Source: Nemertoderma westbladi (taxonomy: Eukaryota; Animalia; Xenacoelomorpha). From it: a stretch of DNA of 64,000 nucleotides. The notes beneath the pieces are model-generated. The model worked only from the letters and a program-made list of their open reading frames with translations. It searched no databases and was not told where the DNA came from. The position numbers and the translations under genes are program-made. Of this stretch, positions 51,866 through 64,000 are shown piece by piece; position 1 is the first letter of the stretch; each line of letters begins with the position of its first letter. The stretch lies in assembly GCA_032718475.1 (NCBI GenBank), contig JAUCBJ010008689.1:1-64000 (forward strand), given 5' to 3'.

Positions 51866-52358
51866 ATATTTTATATTTATAAATTGTAAGCGACTTATAG
51901 TTATCGAGATATAACCATTAAAGTGTGACAGACCAGTGTACATTTTATCCATTCCCAAATTAAATCGCAGCATATTATGCAAATAATTAAATTATTCTGG
52001 AACACTCATTATTCCCTTACTGTTACTTTTGTTTGGTTTGGTTTGTGTTATGTAAATATATGTGTAGTATTTCTATGAATTAAAATAATATGATCTAAAT
52101 GGTTATGAACTTTTTTGGGCATTATGATTATCAATAATTTATAACCCAAAAAAATATGGTTTGTTAAAAAATTGCGAATTTATTTCGGGTATTTTACAAG
52201 ATTAATTGATCAATGGTGAATAAAAATATGATAATTGTTTAGAATCAATGTGAGAGGTTATCACATTCATATAATAGATTACTAGCACATAATATAAACC
52301 AATACTTTACAGAACTCCCAAACACTCCCAGAGGAGAATAAAATATAGTCCAGTTTGG

Positions 52359-53942
52359 TTAACTAATACTGGCGTCTCTTATAGAAGGACTACAGACAGC
52401 CCCGCGGTCTGTAACTAACAAACTGTCCTTCCAGACTGCCTTCCCCGTAGCACTAACCCGTAAGTCCGGTTGGAGCCGCTCCCAAACCTTCTTCTTGGGG
52501 TTGAGTTGTGGGGGAGGCGTCGAGTCGCCAAGGGAACCCCGCGTAACGACCCTGTCTCCAGGGCAACTACCCGGGGGAGCCAGTAGCGGCTCGACGCAAC
52601 GCAAACCATCGACCTCCTTACTCGCACAGAGAAGCATCGCTTCGCTAACAACCCCTCGCATCTTAACCGGCTTGAGATTGCAAACAAACAGCCCCAAAAC
52701 ATCGAGTAAAGACTCCCTATCCACGAGTTTAGCCAACCCGCTGACTACAGTACGAGACTTCCCTTCACCCAAATCAACATCCTCCACGTACAGAGTATCA
52801 GCATCACCATGGACCTCAACAGACACTATCCTACCGACCCTAATGTCCAGTAAACCAACCGATAAGTCCTCACTAACACCCATCTGGGACACCTTCCCCG
52901 CGGCTTTATCTACGAGAGACGGATAGGCTCTGTTGGTAAGAGCTCGCAATTCCGTTGATTCGAACTTCTTCCTTATCGGCTGCAGAAGGAAGTTTATCTC
53001 GTTACTAACGGCTTCTTTAAGATCCCCAGGATGGAGTTCCCCGGAGGAGTAAGTCGCTTCTAGACGAGGATAATCGGAGAAACTTATATTACCTCCGTTG
53101 GCTTCGCGTCTCTCTATTACAAAAGGACCTCGGGATCCCTTTAAAGGGAAGACAACGTGTTTAACGAAGGCCAGCACCCCGTTGCCTTCCACGTTCTGGG
53201 GCTCACAGAACGCCTTCTTTAGCTTTTTCTTCACGACGTTGACGCTGTCCAACAGATCCACCTTGGAATCCTCCTCACTGCTCGACATCTTGGTGCCGGT
53301 GAGCCCGGGGACCATGGGGTTCATTAGATGAGCTCGTTTCCCGTAGCCCAGCCCCGGGAGGTACTTCTCGGCGAAGGTGAATATCTTCCGTTGATCGACG
53401 CCGCCGAACTGGGCGTCTACCTCGAGGTAATGTTCGTCTAGAGCCTGTAACCCCGGGTAGAGCAACCCGCTTAGCAACGGATGGTCTACCTGTTTGACGA
53501 CTTCAGCCCCCGCCTTCTTGGCGTCGTGTTCAGTAACAACGGAAGTCATCCTGTAGACATCCAACGTGTACTCCTTGCTCAGTTGGTAGTCAGTTCCCTT
53601 AACAAACTTGAGTTTATCTAGAGGAACTCCAATAGATTCGAGCATGGCTTTAATGATATGCTCGTAATAGATGACCCTGTGGTTAAGGAGTTCCCATGGG
53701 GCCTTCATGTTATCGAGATAGGCATGGAGGTCCGCGAATAGTATGGTGACTTCGCATCCGGCGTTAAGGAAGTCCGCTATTTTACTCATTGGTACGAAAT
53801 AGGCGATGTGAGGTTTACCAGTGGTGGCCGTTCCCCAGTAAATCTTGAGGTCTCTTGTCGCCAAAATATTTCGAATTTTCTCTTCCCCTAAAACCTCTTG
53901 TAAGTTTCGGGTTATCAGTTCGTACTTGGCGTCGATATCCAT
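52359..53942 (-). CDS. YARS1: Tyrosine--tRNA ligase, cytoplasmic, with C-terminal EMAP-II-like tRNA-binding domain
   Basis: [24 protein letters not shown] (HIGH-like), [37 protein letters not shown], then [39 protein letters not shown]. First ATG at 53942; an upstream TTTGCAG acceptor suggests a 5' exon. Confidence 0.97.
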   Translation of the reverse strand: MDIDAKYELITRNLQEVLGEEKIRNILATRDLKIYWGTATTGKPHIAYFVPMSKIADFLNAGCEVTILFADLHAYLDNMKAPWELLNHRVIYYEHIIKAMLESIGVPLDKLKFVKGTDYQLSKEYTLDVYRMTSVVTEHDAKKAGAEVVKQVDHPLLSGLLYPGLQALDEHYLEVDAQFGGVDQRKIFTFAEKYLPGLGYGKRAHLMNPMVPGLTGTKMSSSEEDSKVDLLDSVNVVKKKLKKAFCEPQNVEGNGVLAFVKHVVFPLKGSRGPFVIERREANGGNISFSDYPRLEATYSSGELHPGDLKEAVSNEINFLLQPIRKKFESTELRALTNRAYPSLVDKAAGKVSQMGVSEDLSVGLLDIRVGRIVSVEVHGDADTLYVEDVDLGEGKSRTVVSGLAKLVDRESLLDVLGLFVCNLKPVKMRGVVSEAMLLCASKEVDGLRCVEPLLAPPGSCPGDRVVTRGSLGDSTPPPQLNPKKKVWERLQPDLRVSATGKAVWKDSLLVTDRGAVCSPSIRDASIS

Positions 53943-56199
53943 CGTTAAATTCTTCAACTTTTCAAAGCTGCAAAGACACCTGGATTAAATCCGTAAATTA
54001 TATGCAAGGCTACCGAAGTCCTTGATTCTATGTCTAACAACGGAACTACTACCTGACTACACTATCCGGTACTGAAATAGGGCTGTTTGAGAAAGTTATC
54101 AAATTATTTGATTTTGCCCCGTAATTATACATGAGAGTAAAAACCCAAGCAATTTTTTCTGAAAATCCAACGATATTGCCTGTTTTATAAATGCTTTAAG
54201 TTGTTATGGGCTGTTCTGTTTGATTGGTTGTTAATGTAATTACGTGCTAATCTTGGCCAATATATATATATTGAAGATACGCCCCCAATCGGGGCAAATT
54301 GGGTAGGCCAGGTAAATTTATAAAAGCACAGCACATAATTTTCAATAGATTTAAATAAAACAATTCTAAAATTAAATATAGCTAAAAATAAACTTATGAG
54401 TGGTGGAAGTCAGATGTATTTACAACGATAGTTGAGATAGCGATGGGCACGTGGGGCAAACCAGAGCGTGGTAGCGGTCTTTGGCAGACCCGTCGCAGTA
54501 CCGGCATGCGCAGCCGTTGGATAGGTCGTGGAAGGGGACTGAGTTCCTAAACAGTTTATGGTGGAAACCGTGCGAGGTTGACCTCGTTATGAGATGGCGG
54601 TTTCGCTGGCCAGGTAATTTCCAGCCAGAAGATGAGATAATCTTGGCCAATATTAAATGCATTAAATAAACAGCCACTGATCAATGTTTACGTATATACA
54701 GTAGGAGTCAATACTTTTCACAGGAGGCATGGTGGGGGGGGGGGGGGGGGGGGGGGTAGTCGCAACACAGCTATCTTTGTGAATTAAAAGCACATCCCGG
54801 CGAATTAGCAATGATAATTATTAAGTGAGGATTTACTTTGGAATAAAGATGTAACGTAAAAAGAGCACAAAACGGCAGATATGTATAACCACTAAAATAT
54901 AATTTGGTGGTACCGGCAGACCGGTAATAATTATTTATAGTATCATTTATTGTAATAACAACTTGTATTGTTTTGGTTAGAAAAGCGACACCATATGTAA
55001 CCTGGCCAACACAGTTTATTGTTTTGGTTATGAGGTAATTAACAACATTTGTTTGGTTTCAAAAGCCCTACTGCAGTACTGTATTACCTATTATTTACCC
55101 ACATTAAATGTCCAGTTACTGATGTACTGTATTACGTATTATTTACCCACATTAAATGTCCTGTTACTGCTGTACTTTACGATATGACAGTATTTTACAA
55201 AGATTAAAGCTGTAAAGAGGCCTGGCCTCTATCCTAGAACCTATTGCAAGAGTCCATCATATTGTATTATAATATTCTTAAGTACATTCCTGCATTATTT
55301 CATTATTACGTCAGTCACTACAAACAATCACTCCTTAGGTAAGTTGGTTAGAGTCTGAGAGTACATAGAGCTACCGGCATACTGCTGTACTGCGATATTT
55401 AAACGCAATAATTTTTCTCGTCCGTTTAAATCCTTTTTTTGTCCTTTTTTTTTACTTATTATGTCCTCCAAAAATCTACCGTTAGGTTCCTTGCTACCGG
55501 TTTCTCTACTGCTGTTCTCTTAGGGTATAAGTACCGGTATTAGTATATATCAGTATATAGAGCACTATTTTGCAGTATTGCATTGTACAGTTGTATGTAG
55601 CATGTAGGTATAAAGCATATGCCTTAGAAATAATTATACTGTCTGACTGTATTATACTACATTACAGCATTAGGTACTGACTCACTGATACTGTGATATG
55701 TACAGTTGTAAATATGATAGGCCTATATGAATTGTAATTGCCTAATTGTGATAATTGTGATGGCCTAATTGTGATAGATAGATAGATTTCTTTATACATT
55801 ATGTAAAAACAATAACAAATACACCAAACAATGTACCTGTACCGGTATAAAGGTATTGTCCAACATGACATATAGGATTACCCCTAAAGCTTTGCAGCTT
55901 ATTTCCAAGGGGGTCCTTTGTTACTTGGTTACAAATACAATATTACACTACGCTAACCTAAAACCCATATAAAACGTAATTACACTATGTAGGCTACATG
56001 TCAGCATGTACAACTTTACCGAGAGCGTGACAATGTCCGACTCAACGATAAAGATGTAATGTAGGCCTACGGAACAATTTATTATAAAACGTAATTACCG
56101 GTACAGTCTGACAGTATAAATAGTAGGCCTAAATAATTAATAAACTAATAACTTACTGTAGGACTATTGTACCTATTTTTACATTGCACACGGACTGAC

Positions 56200-57070
56200 G
56201 GAGGTGAGATTTAACTGCAGATTTAAAAGAATGTTGATTATCTAGGTTTTTAATTTCATTTGGCAGAGCGTTCCAATTCTTAATGCCGTTAAAAAAGAAA
56301 GTATCAGATTCGAAGGATTTACAATTCGGGAGGTAGAAGTTTGAAGCACTAGCTCTGGTACCGGTACTGTAAGAGTGTCAGAGTGTGTATCCGGAGTATC
56401 GCGTACCCTGTTGAATTTTTGTTTTAGGTAATTGGGACATTTACCATTATACACTTTATGCACATGGTTAAGGCGTAGCTGGAGCTGCTTAACTCTACTA
56501 TCTAAGTTAAGTAGTCCAGATTCAGAAAAGTCATCTGGCTGTCTGGAGTTAGGTGGTGCCTAGGTTTGTAGTCTTTAATAAATCGTACTACTTTATTCTG
56601 AGCTACTTGTAATTTACATTTAAGCTGTTTGGTTAAGCCTTCATACCAAGAAGAGCATGCATAGTCCATGTGACACTGTGACTGTATTAAAGAAGAGCAA
56701 AGTAACTTGCGGGAGTCGGTAATGTAATGTAATGTAATTGCACTCCAAATAATTGCACCGACAAATAAAATAATTAATTATTTAAAATTAATCTTAATGA
56801 CATAGGGTACATAATACATATTCACAAAATGCAATTGAATTAGACCTTTAATTAAACAATTATATGTATGGAGGGAGAAGATAACCCAGGCTGCCAGGCA
56901 ATGTTGCACTTACAAGCGCATCTCTATTGGAATTAAGTAAAAATATTGCAAACTAAAAAAATAAAATGGTAAAACTGGTAAAACCGTATTTAAACTATTT
57001 TTATTTCTGTATAGAAACCTAAGCCTACTGTTAACTTTCGAGAAAATATTTTTCACTGTGCTTACTGTAT
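56200..57070 (-). mobile_element. L2/CR1-group LINE, degenerate 3' part of ORF2
   Basis: KVNSRLRFLYRNKNSLN, RKLLCSSLIQ..HMDYACSSWYEGLTKQLKCKLQVAQNKVVRFI and NHVHKVYNGKCPNYL segments, interrupted by insertions. Confidence 0.8.
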
Positions 57071-57236
57071 GTGTGGGCGTTGGGTCAGCCACGTAAGGTC
57101 AGCCATGTAAACACCGCGTACCCGTACCGGTATTATTTTAGATTATTTACTACAGTAACAGTACAGCAGTACCGGTATCAGATACAGAGATAGAGTCAGA
57201 CAGTCAGAGTATTAACCAAATCCTGGAACCACAATC

Positions 57237-58335
57237 ATGGCAAGTAATGGGTCGGCAGGAAATCCCCCCAGTTCGGAACTGGACGACGAGTTTGAGTTGA
57301 CGAGTTTCCGAGGTGATGAACCTGAAACGGACGATGTCTTAGCGAATGATGACGCCTTACAACCGGAGGAGGATGAAGATGGGGAGGAACTGTTCGGTGA
57401 CAATATGGAGCAGGACTACCGGCCGATACCGGAGCTGGATGTGTACGAGGGGGAGGGTATTGATCTGGAGTCGAGCGAACTCAGTGAGTTGGATATCGAG
57501 ACGAGAGTGGCGGCGGAGAAAGCGATGCGAGCGCGAGATCGGTCGCGAGGGGTGGAAGCTGGCGGGATGCGGCACGGATTAGTGTACGACGAGGAGGAAG
57601 AAAGCGAGTCGGAAGGCGAGGATCAGTCGAGGAAGAAACGGAGACGCGAGGCGGAGAGGGTTGCGGATGTCGACGAGGACATGGTGGAGGGGATAGAGAA
57701 CCTCGAGGATATGAAGGGACATTCGGTTCGCGAATGGACCGCCATGGAGGGCCCGAAACAAGAGATCTACAACCGATTCAAACAGTTCCTTCGGACCACG
57801 TTGGACAGTAAAGGCCACAACATCTACCGGGAAGAGATCCAGAAAATGTGCGAATCCAATAAACAGAGTCTCGTTGTCGACTACAACGTGCTTTGTTCCA
57901 AGGAGAACGTTCTCGCATTCTTCCTCCCCGAGGCTCCCAACGAAATGTTCCCGATATTCGATCGAACCGCCAAGGAAGTCGTGCTCAGTATGTTTCCGAA
58001 GTACGAACAGATCCACTCCGAGATATACGTCCGAATCTCGGAGTTACCTCTTATTGAGGAGATCCGCTCCCTCCGCCAACTCCATCTAAACCAGTTGGTT
58101 CGCACCAGCGGTGTGGTCACCAGTTGCACCGGAGTTCTTCCCCAACTCAACATGGTTAAATACGACTGTAACAAGTGCGGCTTCGTGTTGGGTCCGTTCT
58201 ACCAGAGACTCACAGACGGCGAGGAAGTTAAACCCGGTTCCTGTCCCGATTGCCAATCCCGGGGCCCATTCCAGGTCAATATGGAGCAAACGTTGTACAG
58301 AAACTACCAGAGGATAACCATACAGGAGAGTCCAG
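57237..58335 (+). CDS. MCM2: DNA replication licensing factor MCM2, first coding exon (gene continues beyond the window)
   Basis: [25 protein letters not shown] histone-binding region, [40 protein letters not shown] zinc finger and [11 protein letters not shown]. Donor CCAG|GTATT at 58335/58336. Confidence 0.97.
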
Positions 58336-58504
58336 GTATTAATTTATTTATTATTCTAGAACATACATTATAAAGCAGCAAATATAATTATATCATATAA
58401 CGGTGTGAGAAAAATACTATAAGAAAAGTAAATAGTAGAACAATCTAAATAATCCCATCATACTTTATACATTACTACTATGAATCAGCAGGCTGCATCA
58501 TATG

Positions 58505-61500
58505 CTTATGGGGTTGTACATTGGCACCCTACTTTAGACCTAAGTACCCATAGTACACCCTATCTATGGGGTAGTACACCCTATCTATGGGGTAGTACAC
58601 TCTATCTATGGGGTAGTACACCCTATCTATGGGGTAGTACACCCTATCTATGGGGTAGTACACCCTATCTATGGGGTAGTACACCCTATCTATGGGGTAG
58701 TACACCCTATCTATGGGGTAGTACATTGGCACCCTACTTTAGACCTAAGTTTCTATAGTACACTCTATCTATGGGGTAGTACACCCTATCAATGGGGTAG
58801 TACACCCTATCAATGGGGTAGTACACCCTATCAATGGGGTAGTACACCCTATCTATGGGGTAGTACACCCTATCTATGGGGTAGTACACCCTATCTGTGG
58901 GGTAGTACACCCTATCTATGGGGTAGTACACCCTATCTATGGGGTAGTACACCCTATCTATGGGGTAGTACATTGGCACCCTACTTTAGACCTAAGTTTC
59001 TATAGTACACTCTATCTATGGGGTAGTACACCCTATCTGTGGGGTAGTACACCCTATCTATGGGGTAGTACACCCTATCTATGGGGTAGTACACCCTATC
59101 TATGGGGTAGTACATTGGCACCCTACTTTAGACCTAAGTTTCTATAGTACACTCTATCTATGGGGTAGTACACCCTATCAATGGGGTGGTACGTCAGTGC
59201 CCTACTTAGACCTAAGTTTCTATAGTACACCCTATCTATGGGGTAGTACACCCTATCTATGGGGTAGTACACTCTATCTATGGGGTAGTACACTCTATCT
59301 ATGGGGTAGTACACTCTATCTATGGGGTAGTACACCCTATCTATGGGGTAGTACACCCTATCTATGGGGTAGTACACCCTATCTATGGGGTAGTACACCC
59401 TATCTATGGGGTAGTACACCCTATCTATGGGGTAGTACACCCTATCTATGGGGTAGTACACCCTATCTATGGGGTAGTACACCCTATCTATGGGGTAGTA
59501 CACCCTATCTATGGGGTAGTACACCCTATCTATGGGGTAGTACACCCTATCTATGGGGTAGTACACCCTATCTATGGGGTAGTACACCCTATCTATGGGG
59601 TAGTACACCCTATCTATGGGGTAGTACACCCTATCTATGGGGTAGTACACCCTATCTATGGGGTAGTACATTGGCACCCTACTTTAGACCTAAGTTTCTA
59701 TAGTACACCCTATCTATGGGGTAGTACACCCTATCTATGGGGTAGTACACCCTATCTATGGGGTAGTACACCCTATCTATGGAGTGGTACGTCAGTGCCC
59801 TACTTAGACCTAGGTTTCTATAGTACACCCTATCTATGGGGTAGTACATTGGCACCCTACTTTAGACCTAAGTTTCTATAGTACACCCTATCTATGGGGT
59901 AGTACATTGGCACCCTACTTTAGACCTAAGTTTCTATAGTACACCCTATCTATGGGGTAGTACATTGGCACCCTACTTTAGACCTAGGTTTCTATAGTAC
60001 ACCCTATCTATGGGGTGGTACGTCAGTGCCCTACTTAGACCTAAGTTTCTATAGTACACTCTATCTATGGGGTAGTACACCCTACTTTAGACCTAAGTTT
60101 CTATAGTACACCCTATCTATGGGGTAGTACATTGGCACCCTACTTTAGACCTAAGTTTCTATAGTACACCCTATCTATGGGGTAGTACATTGGCACCCTA
60201 CTTTAGACCTAGGTTTCTATAGTACACCCTATCTATGGAGTGGTACGTCAGTGCCCTACTTAGACCTAGGTTTCTATAGTACACCCTATCTATGGGGTAG
60301 TACATTGGCACCCTACTTTAGACCTAAGTTTCTATAGTACACCCTATCTATGGGGTAGTACATTGGCACCCTACTTTAGACCTAAGTTTCTATAGTACAC
60401 CCTATCTATGGGGTAGTACATTGGCACCCTACTTTAGACCTAAGTTTCTATAGTACACCCTATCTATGGGGTAGTACATTGGCACCCTACTTTAGACCTA
60501 AGTTTCCATAGTACACTCTATCTATGGAGTTGTACATTGGCACCCTACTTTAGACCTAAGTTTCCATAGTACACTCTATCTATGGAGTTGTACATTAGCA
60601 CCCTACTTAGACCTAAATACCCATAGTACACCCTATCTATGGGATGGTCTAAACCTAAGTCCCCTTCGTACACTCTATCTATGGGGTAGTACACCCTATC
60701 AATGGGGTGGTACGTCAGTGCCCTACTTAGACCTAAGTTTCTATAGTACACTCTATCTATGGGGTACTACTACTACTACTAGGATCGGCATGCTGCATTG
60801 CAGCTGCATTTTTAAGAATGCTGTGCCGGCTTGTCAACAAAATTGCACCGCCACAACTCCCTATCACCCATGACATTTGCTAGATCATCCGCATCTTTAA
60901 GGCCAGTGTCCTTTAAGATGCGTCTCAAGAAAGTCATGGGCTGTCCACCATGCTTATTCACTCCATGAGGCTGCCAAAGTACAAGATTATGCACTGGCTG
61001 GTCCTCACGGCGAAAGCAATGTCCTGCAAAGCGGAGGCGGTTTTGTTCTAGTGTCAAGCTTGGGGGAACCAATGAGACACCTCCAATGTTATATAGTGTC
61101 TGGTTGGAGATGTGTGCATTGTACTTGACACAATGAACCCGGCGTAGCATTCTTGTGAATGTGCCATCCAGAGATTTGGTGTCCTCAGCAGTTAGAGCCC
61201 AGCATGGACTCCCATAGAGGAGTACTGGAACTACTGCTGCTCTAAATAATCGGACCTTAAGTTTCCGATTAATTCTCGGTGACTTCCAAATCCTGGAAAG
61301 CCTATTTAAGGCTGCCCATGCCTTTCCCTTACGTATTCGAAGGTCCTCACCTGACTTCCGGATCCATGATCCCAGGTAACAGAAGTCGTCCACATGCTCA
61401 AGCATACCATCCTTTGAGCTTATGCTCATCCGATCAGAGACTTGCTGAGGACTTTCAAAGTTAACGGTCAGAATTTTGGTCTTTCTGGAGTTAATAAAAA

Positions 61501-62272
61501 GACCAACACTAGAAGCAGCATGTTCTAATGAGCTGAGGAGCCGTTGGGCTCCCTCTAATGATTCTGAGAGTACTCCTAAGTCATCAGCAAAGTCTAGATC
61601 AGTTAGGTACTTGGCAGGATTTCCTCGACTTCTGGAGCCAGTAGGTGGAGTTATCATCACCCCATCATCATTATGATGATCTAAGGACATGCGTAGAACA
61701 TAGTCAACCACAATAATGAACAAGAATGGTGCAAGTGTGTCTCCTTGGAGGACGCCCCATAACACTTCAAATGGTTCTGTGTCACCGTCAACAGTAGACA
61801 CAAATGTTGTCGAACCATCGTATACTGATCTGATTGCTGCAATAATTTCATCAGGAATCCCATATAATGAAAGTATGATGAACATACGTGAGCGAGAGAC
61901 TGAATCAAAGGCCTTGAAGAAGTCAACAAAGATAACAGCCAGATGCCTGTCTTTCTTTTTTGATAATTCTTCAATTATCCTTCTAAGTGCCAAAATGGGC
62001 CAAAAATCTATCTATGGGGTAGTACATTGGCACCCTACTTTAGACCTAAGTTTCCATAGTACACTCTATCTATGGAGTGGTACATTAGCACCCTACTTTA
62101 GACCTAAGTTTCTATAGTACACCCTATCTGTGGGGTGGTACGTCAGTGCCCTACTTAGACCTAAGTTTCTATAGTACACTCTATCTATGGGGTAGTACAC
62201 CCTACTTTAGACCTAAGTTTCCATAGTACACTCTCTATGGGTTGGTACAGAAGGTACCCTACTTAGACCTAA
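58505..62272. repeat. Compound satellite in MCM2 intron (21-bp GTACACCCTATCTATGGGGTA plus longer modules)
   Basis: Directly visible; interrupted by the RTE insertion. Confidence 0.96.
60767..62006 (-). mobile_element. 5'-truncated RTE-clade LINE with open RT frame (60812-61993)
   Basis: FVDFFKAFDSV, GVLQGDTLAPFLF, DLDFADDL, YLGS and RLRFAGHCFR motifs; (TAG)n tail; flanked by TCTATCTATGGGGTA at 60752-60766 and 62007-62021 (possible TSD). Confidence 0.95.
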
Positions 62273-62549
62273 ATATTATGTATGTTAATACTCTTCAAGC
62301 TTAAGTAATATTTATTTTCTCGTCGGTAGGGTGTATCGCCCCCATTCCCACCCCTCAGTCCAACGTATTGGACGACTCATTAACCTAAGGGCGATTCTTC
62401 CAGCAGGCAACTCTCCCACTGTCCCCCAATAGGTCCTCTTATCCTTCGCCCTATTCTTCACGTCGATTCTAAATCCCTCGGATCTGACCTCCCACTCCTC
62501 TCCAGTTTCAGATCCGACCTTCCCGTTACCTCATATAATTCGTCATGTT

Positions 62550-63410
62550 TTTCCTTTTGGCGGCAAAATGCCACCCTTCATCTCATCATCACTGGTATAT
62601 TCCACCTTTGCTGGCCTTCCCCTCAATATGTGCGCCGGCGTTAAAGCCCCCAATGACCCTTGGTTATCATTCGGTACGCATAATGGTTAACCATTTAATG
62701 CCCCCTCGCACTCTGCCAGCCCTGCGTCCGACACACCTCTTCCAACAACCCTTTTACCATCATCCTCCTATCTTTCTTCCTCTTTTCTTCTTCTTATTGG
62801 ATCGGAATCGGTGGGACATTCGGGAGGATTGTTGGTTGACCAAGAAAAGAACTAAAGTGGGATTCTAGGGTATCAGCATTTATTTGGTTTGCGTTTTTTC
62901 TGAAAACACCAGGGGTTTAGTTCCGAATTGAATGCGAGTTCCATTAGACAATTCTCCTCGTAGGTTTCGCGTTTAATCGTTATTAGATTTTTATATTGTT
63001 TCCTTGTAGACCAATATGATTGTTTTTCTGGTTCGGAAATTTGGACGTGAGATTCCTTTAGGTACAGTAGAGGCAGTGACTGCAGTCGCTAGGAGGTCAG
63101 TAGCTTTATCAATATCCCTTCTTAATAAGGCCTCAAATTCCGTTACGTTTAGGAAAGAGACAAAAGTTTCTGGGACTAGTTTGCGAGACAGTTTAGGTTT
63201 ATTGCCGGTTGTTCGAGAATCCCTAGCATTGGGAGGGATATCCACTTGAATCGACACTGGCGGTGCTTTCTGAGTGCACAACTTTGTACAATTGCAACAG
63301 GGGTGGTCTGAGGCGCCCTGCCCGGATACTTAACGAATAATAAATCTATAACACTCTCTCCCTGTGGAAAAATATATGTAGGAATATCTGGAAGGATCAA
63401 TTATATCATC
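62550..63410 (-). mobile_element. Degenerate non-LTR retrotransposon fragment (end of AP-endonuclease domain and linker)
   Basis: IPTYIFPQGESVIDLLF matches the PT(Y/F)...SxIDL endonuclease motif; frameshifted continuation; boundaries uncertain. Confidence 0.55.
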
Positions 63411-64000
63411 TCGGTTTTTTAGTCACAAACGATATGGCTTACACCTTCTTCGCGTAAATAATCCATTACGTGTCCCGAGTCGTAGATGTGTCAAGACGCC
63501 CAATATGGACATGGGCTAGTCCATTGTTTGGATTTTCTCGAGGGGTCGCTGCGCGTAGGGGGCCCCCGGATTTGCGGCCCGTATCTAGTGGGTGCCTCGG
63601 TACTGATGACATGCGAGCAGCAGTGCGTTGTTGTGACATTGTTCTTTCCAGAATCATTAACGCCACTCAGCAACTAATACTACCTATTAATAGTACAGTA
63701 ATGGATGCTTCCTGGTGGGTAGTCATTCAACTTGACAAAACGTCCTATGTTTCAGTTATGTAATTAGTTTTGTTCGACTTACCACCATAAGTAAAAAGTT
63801 AGCAAGTTTTACCACCCGTAGCCTTAACTTAGGACAACTGAAAATTTGCAAATAACTATTTTACACTGTTATTTGCTAATAAACTTTATCACTAATCCTT
63901 TGGTAGAAAGGAGGGAAATTCAATTTTATACCCGATTCACTCAAAACGTAAATTTTGAGAAGATTTCACTCAGGACGTTTTACCACCACCCGCCCCACGA

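Noticed and set aside
58336-58373. MCM2 ending at 58373 (truncated gene)
   Set aside because: Similarity stops at QESPG where a GT donor lies; the ATPase exons are presumably beyond the window.

Overview
Repeat-rich eukaryotic DNA, most likely from an invertebrate animal; I see no prokaryotic features. Three host genes are supported. (1) A four-exon gene on +, join(12058..15459,18370..18418,19245..19421,25082..25242), about 1262 aa, that the ORF track does not show. It encodes a long low-complexity N-terminus and a C-terminal class B (Myc/Max/MGA-type) bHLH-leucine zipper. (2) Cytoplasmic tyrosyl-tRNA synthetase with an EMAP-II-like C-domain on -, with its coding region essentially in one exon. 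(3) The first coding exon of MCM2 on +, head-to-head with the synthetase. The rest is satellites (19, 21, 26, 31, 33, 35, 43, 45 and 57 bp units) and transposon debris: a BEL/Pao LTR fragment, RTE and L2-type LINEs, foldback MITEs, a cluster of Helitron/Helentron-type non-autonomous elements and a decayed transposase. The most striking observation is that intron 3 of the bHLH gene opens with about 250 tandem copies of its own exon-end plus 5' splice site (GTGTTGCTACAYG|GTAAGT), of which only the first can give an intact protein. Other arrays nearby also look like amplified splice junctions. Family assignments come from motif recognition by eye, and transposon boundaries are approximate unless termini are quoted.
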